A DNA stretch of 63,747 bases, filler included, from Octopus bimaculoides (lineage: Eukaryota), in the NCBI RefSeq assembly GCF_001194135.2. It is 4 parts of 4 records of this genome, joined end to end, with 100 filler letters (N's around TTAATTAATTAA, not from the genome) between each part and the next. Parts side by side here need not be neighbours in the genome. Positions count along the whole stretch, not along the records: positions 49,288 to 62,382 come from NC_068981.1; positions 62,483 to 63,747 come from NC_068996.1; 2 more parts are not named here. One strand, given 5' to 3'. Shown here piece by piece: positions 61,353 to 63,747 of the stretch. The first letter of the stretch is position 1; each line of letters starts with the position of its first letter. The notes beneath the pieces were generated by a model, which saw only the letters and a program-made list of their open reading frames with translations, was not told the DNA's origin and did no database searches. A program made the translations under genes and the position numbers.

Positions 61353-61481
61353 AATCTTACAGCTGTTACGGCCTAGTTTTGGCAGACCCCATTCTATCCG
61401 AATATTCCTTTCCGGAGTGATTATCGGATGACATTTTGAAATGGGGTTACATGCCCGAACCTCTAGGCCTCTTCAGAGATT
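61353..61481 (-). ncRNA. Type-I hammerhead-like motif with greatly extended stem II
   Basis: Minus strand: AATCT-CTGAAGA-GGCCTAG-[86 nt]-CTAGGCC-GTAA-CAGCTGT-A^-AGATT. Helix III is the palindrome ACAGCUGU, and the core has one substitution (GAAA to GUAA). Confidence 0.7.
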
Positions 61482-62599
61482 CACAAAGGGTTACATACAG
61501 ATGTAGAGCAAGAGGTAAAAACAGAGGTGTGGTAGAGACCAGAAGAAAAACAACAGCAAAAATAAGATAGAAATAAAAATAAAAATACAATTGAAATCAA
61601 AATATAAATAAAAATAAAAATAAGAAATACAAATAAGGGTACAGGAGGAAAAAAATAATAGTAGTAAAAAAGAATACATAAATGAACGTATAGCATGTGG
61701 GACATGCAAACATATAGAAAAGATATATGTCAAAAAACCCTTAGAAACACAAGGCACCCAAAAAGCCTACAAACACTATAGATAGATCGCTATAGGCACT
61801 CCAATGCACATCTATATGTGTTGGTTCGTGTGCACAGCCTTACTCGGATGTCCCCTTACTCTCATGTGTGCATATACAAGTTTTTATAAGCAAACATTCC
61901 ACCACATACGTTGTTTGTGGCATCAGCTCTATTAGCCGTATCTAGAAAGCTGGAAGTGTTTTTTAGAAAGGAGGTTTTGTTGAGTGTGTGTGTCTGTACA
62001 CAGTTGTATATGCGTATATATATATATATATGTGATATATCTATTACAAATATATATATGTACCTATACGCAGACACACGTACAAATATATATAATATTG
62101 ATTTCAAATTTTGGCACAAAGCCTGCAATTGCGGGTGTTGATTAGATCAACACCAGTACTTATTTCATCGACCCAGGAAGGATGAAAAGCAAAATCGAGA
62201 GATGAAATGAGTAGAAGGCCAGAAATGTTGAGTTAGGGGTTAGTCGATTATCCTGATCCCAGTGGTTAACTGGTACTTACTTCATCGACCTCGACAGACT
62301 GAAAGGGAAAGTTTACTTCGGCGGAATTTGAATTCAGAACATAAAGACGGAATGCACAGATATATATATATATATATATATANNNNNNNNNNNNNNNNNN
62401 NNNNNNNNNNNNNNNNNNNNNNNNNNTTAATTAATTAANNNNNNNNNNNNNNNNNNNNNNNNNNNNNNNNNNNNNNNNNNNNCTACAAATTTTTCTCTAA
62501 ATGGATGGCGATATTTATGGCACACATAGAACAAAAAACCAGAGGGAAATTGACGATTCCCTGCCCTTATTCTTGTATATATATATATATATATATATT

Positions 62600-63315
62600 A
62601 GATAGTCAATTATGAATATATTAGATAGTCAAGTAAGGCATTTGGTAAACTTTGACAGCATCTCATTTTGCGCCATTATTATATTTTGACAATGTATATT
62701 TTTTGTTAGAAAGCTGACACATCTATTACTTTATTCTAACTCATTTTGCGCTTTATAAAGTATTTATAAATCATTTTTTGCTATTTTTGTTTAGAGATGG
62801 ATAAGTCGGAAACTTGTACAGTTTTGAAATATGAGTTCTTTCTTGGAAATACCACATCACAGATAGCTTGGAATATTAATGGAGAATTTCATTCTAATGT
62901 TATTACACAGCAGACAGTATCAAATTGGTTTGCAAAATTTAGTTCTGGTAACTTTGACCTCACAAATGAGCAATGCAGTCGACCAGAAACAAAGGTTGAT
63001 AATGACGAACTGAAAGCCACCGTCGACTCAGATCCATCTCGACGTGCCTATGATTTATCATTGTTGTTTGGTGTTAGTAAGCAAACTATATTGATTTAGT
63101 TCAAATCGGTAAAGTGAAAAAGTTGGATGAGTGGGTTCCACATGAACTCAACGAAAATCAGAAATAAGCAATGTTTGGAAGCCTGCATTATGCTACTTTC
63201 TCGTCACAAAAATGAATCATTTTTGAATCGAATTGTAACATGTGATGAGAAATGGATCCAATACAACAACCGAAAACGTTTAGCACAATGGCTAGACAAA
63301 GAAGAGCCACCAACC
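62600..63315 (+). mobile_element. Mariner transposase relic (Hsmar1/cecropia-like), 3' truncated
   Basis: MDKSE...LKYEFFLG...NIN...TV..WF.KF.SG.FDL..E..SRP...DNDELKA.V..DP, then after a frameshift WVPHELN and FLNRIVTCDEKWIQYNNRKR (first catalytic D). Confidence 0.9.
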
Positions 63316-63648
63316 AATCTCTGTATGGTCTTGCTAAGTCAAAATGTTTTTTTGTATTCCTCGTTTCTACTTCGAGAGTTTAGATTTAATTATAAAAATA
63401 TGTCCTTCTGTTTAAATGTATTTTCATTAAATTTCTGTATCTTTGTACAGCTGAAGAATGCTCTACATGGTATATTTGATGTAATGTTTACATTGATCAA
63501 TTAAATGGAGTCGCATGAAACGATCGTACTGCATTACTTTTTGATGTCCTTGTTGCTTATTTTGATTTTAATCACCTTATTTTAAAAATGTATGGAGAAA
63601 AACCATACTAAATTCTGATGCCTAAACTTAAGTACCATATTCACCTGA

Positions 63649-63747
<99 letters not shown>

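Overview
AT-rich, microsatellite-saturated metazoan scaffold with many N gaps. The repeat families and overall style suggest an octopus or other coleoid cephalopod genome; this is inference, not a database match. Genes: (i) the terminal coding exon of an LHFPL/TMEM211-family tetraspan gene (+, 9586-9827), absent from the ORF track; (ii) an apparently intronless STEAP2/3/4-type metalloreductase (-, 18255-19817, 5' end lost in a gap) with a ~105-aa Ser/Asn-rich loop insertion; (iii) several small exon candidates with canonical splice sites on + (32792-59111) that may form an unidentified gene. The rest is transposon debris: several tRNA-headed SINE families, RTE/RTEX, R4/Dong-type RLE, Tx1/L1 and Penelope-like retroelements, mariner and DD37D-like DNA transposons, and MITEs. 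Most long ORFs in the track are artefacts of N runs or microsatellites. The main hidden signal is seven minimal type-I hammerhead-ribozyme-like motifs plus one half-motif, from several sequence-unrelated families. They share one topology and a self-complementary helix III, as described for Penelope-associated dimeric hammerheads. One (8894-8936) has an intact catalytic core and lies sense in the last intron of the LHFPL gene. A second theme is non-LTR retrotransposon families whose junctions sit in specific microsatellites: (CATA)n, (TATC)n and (TAA)n.
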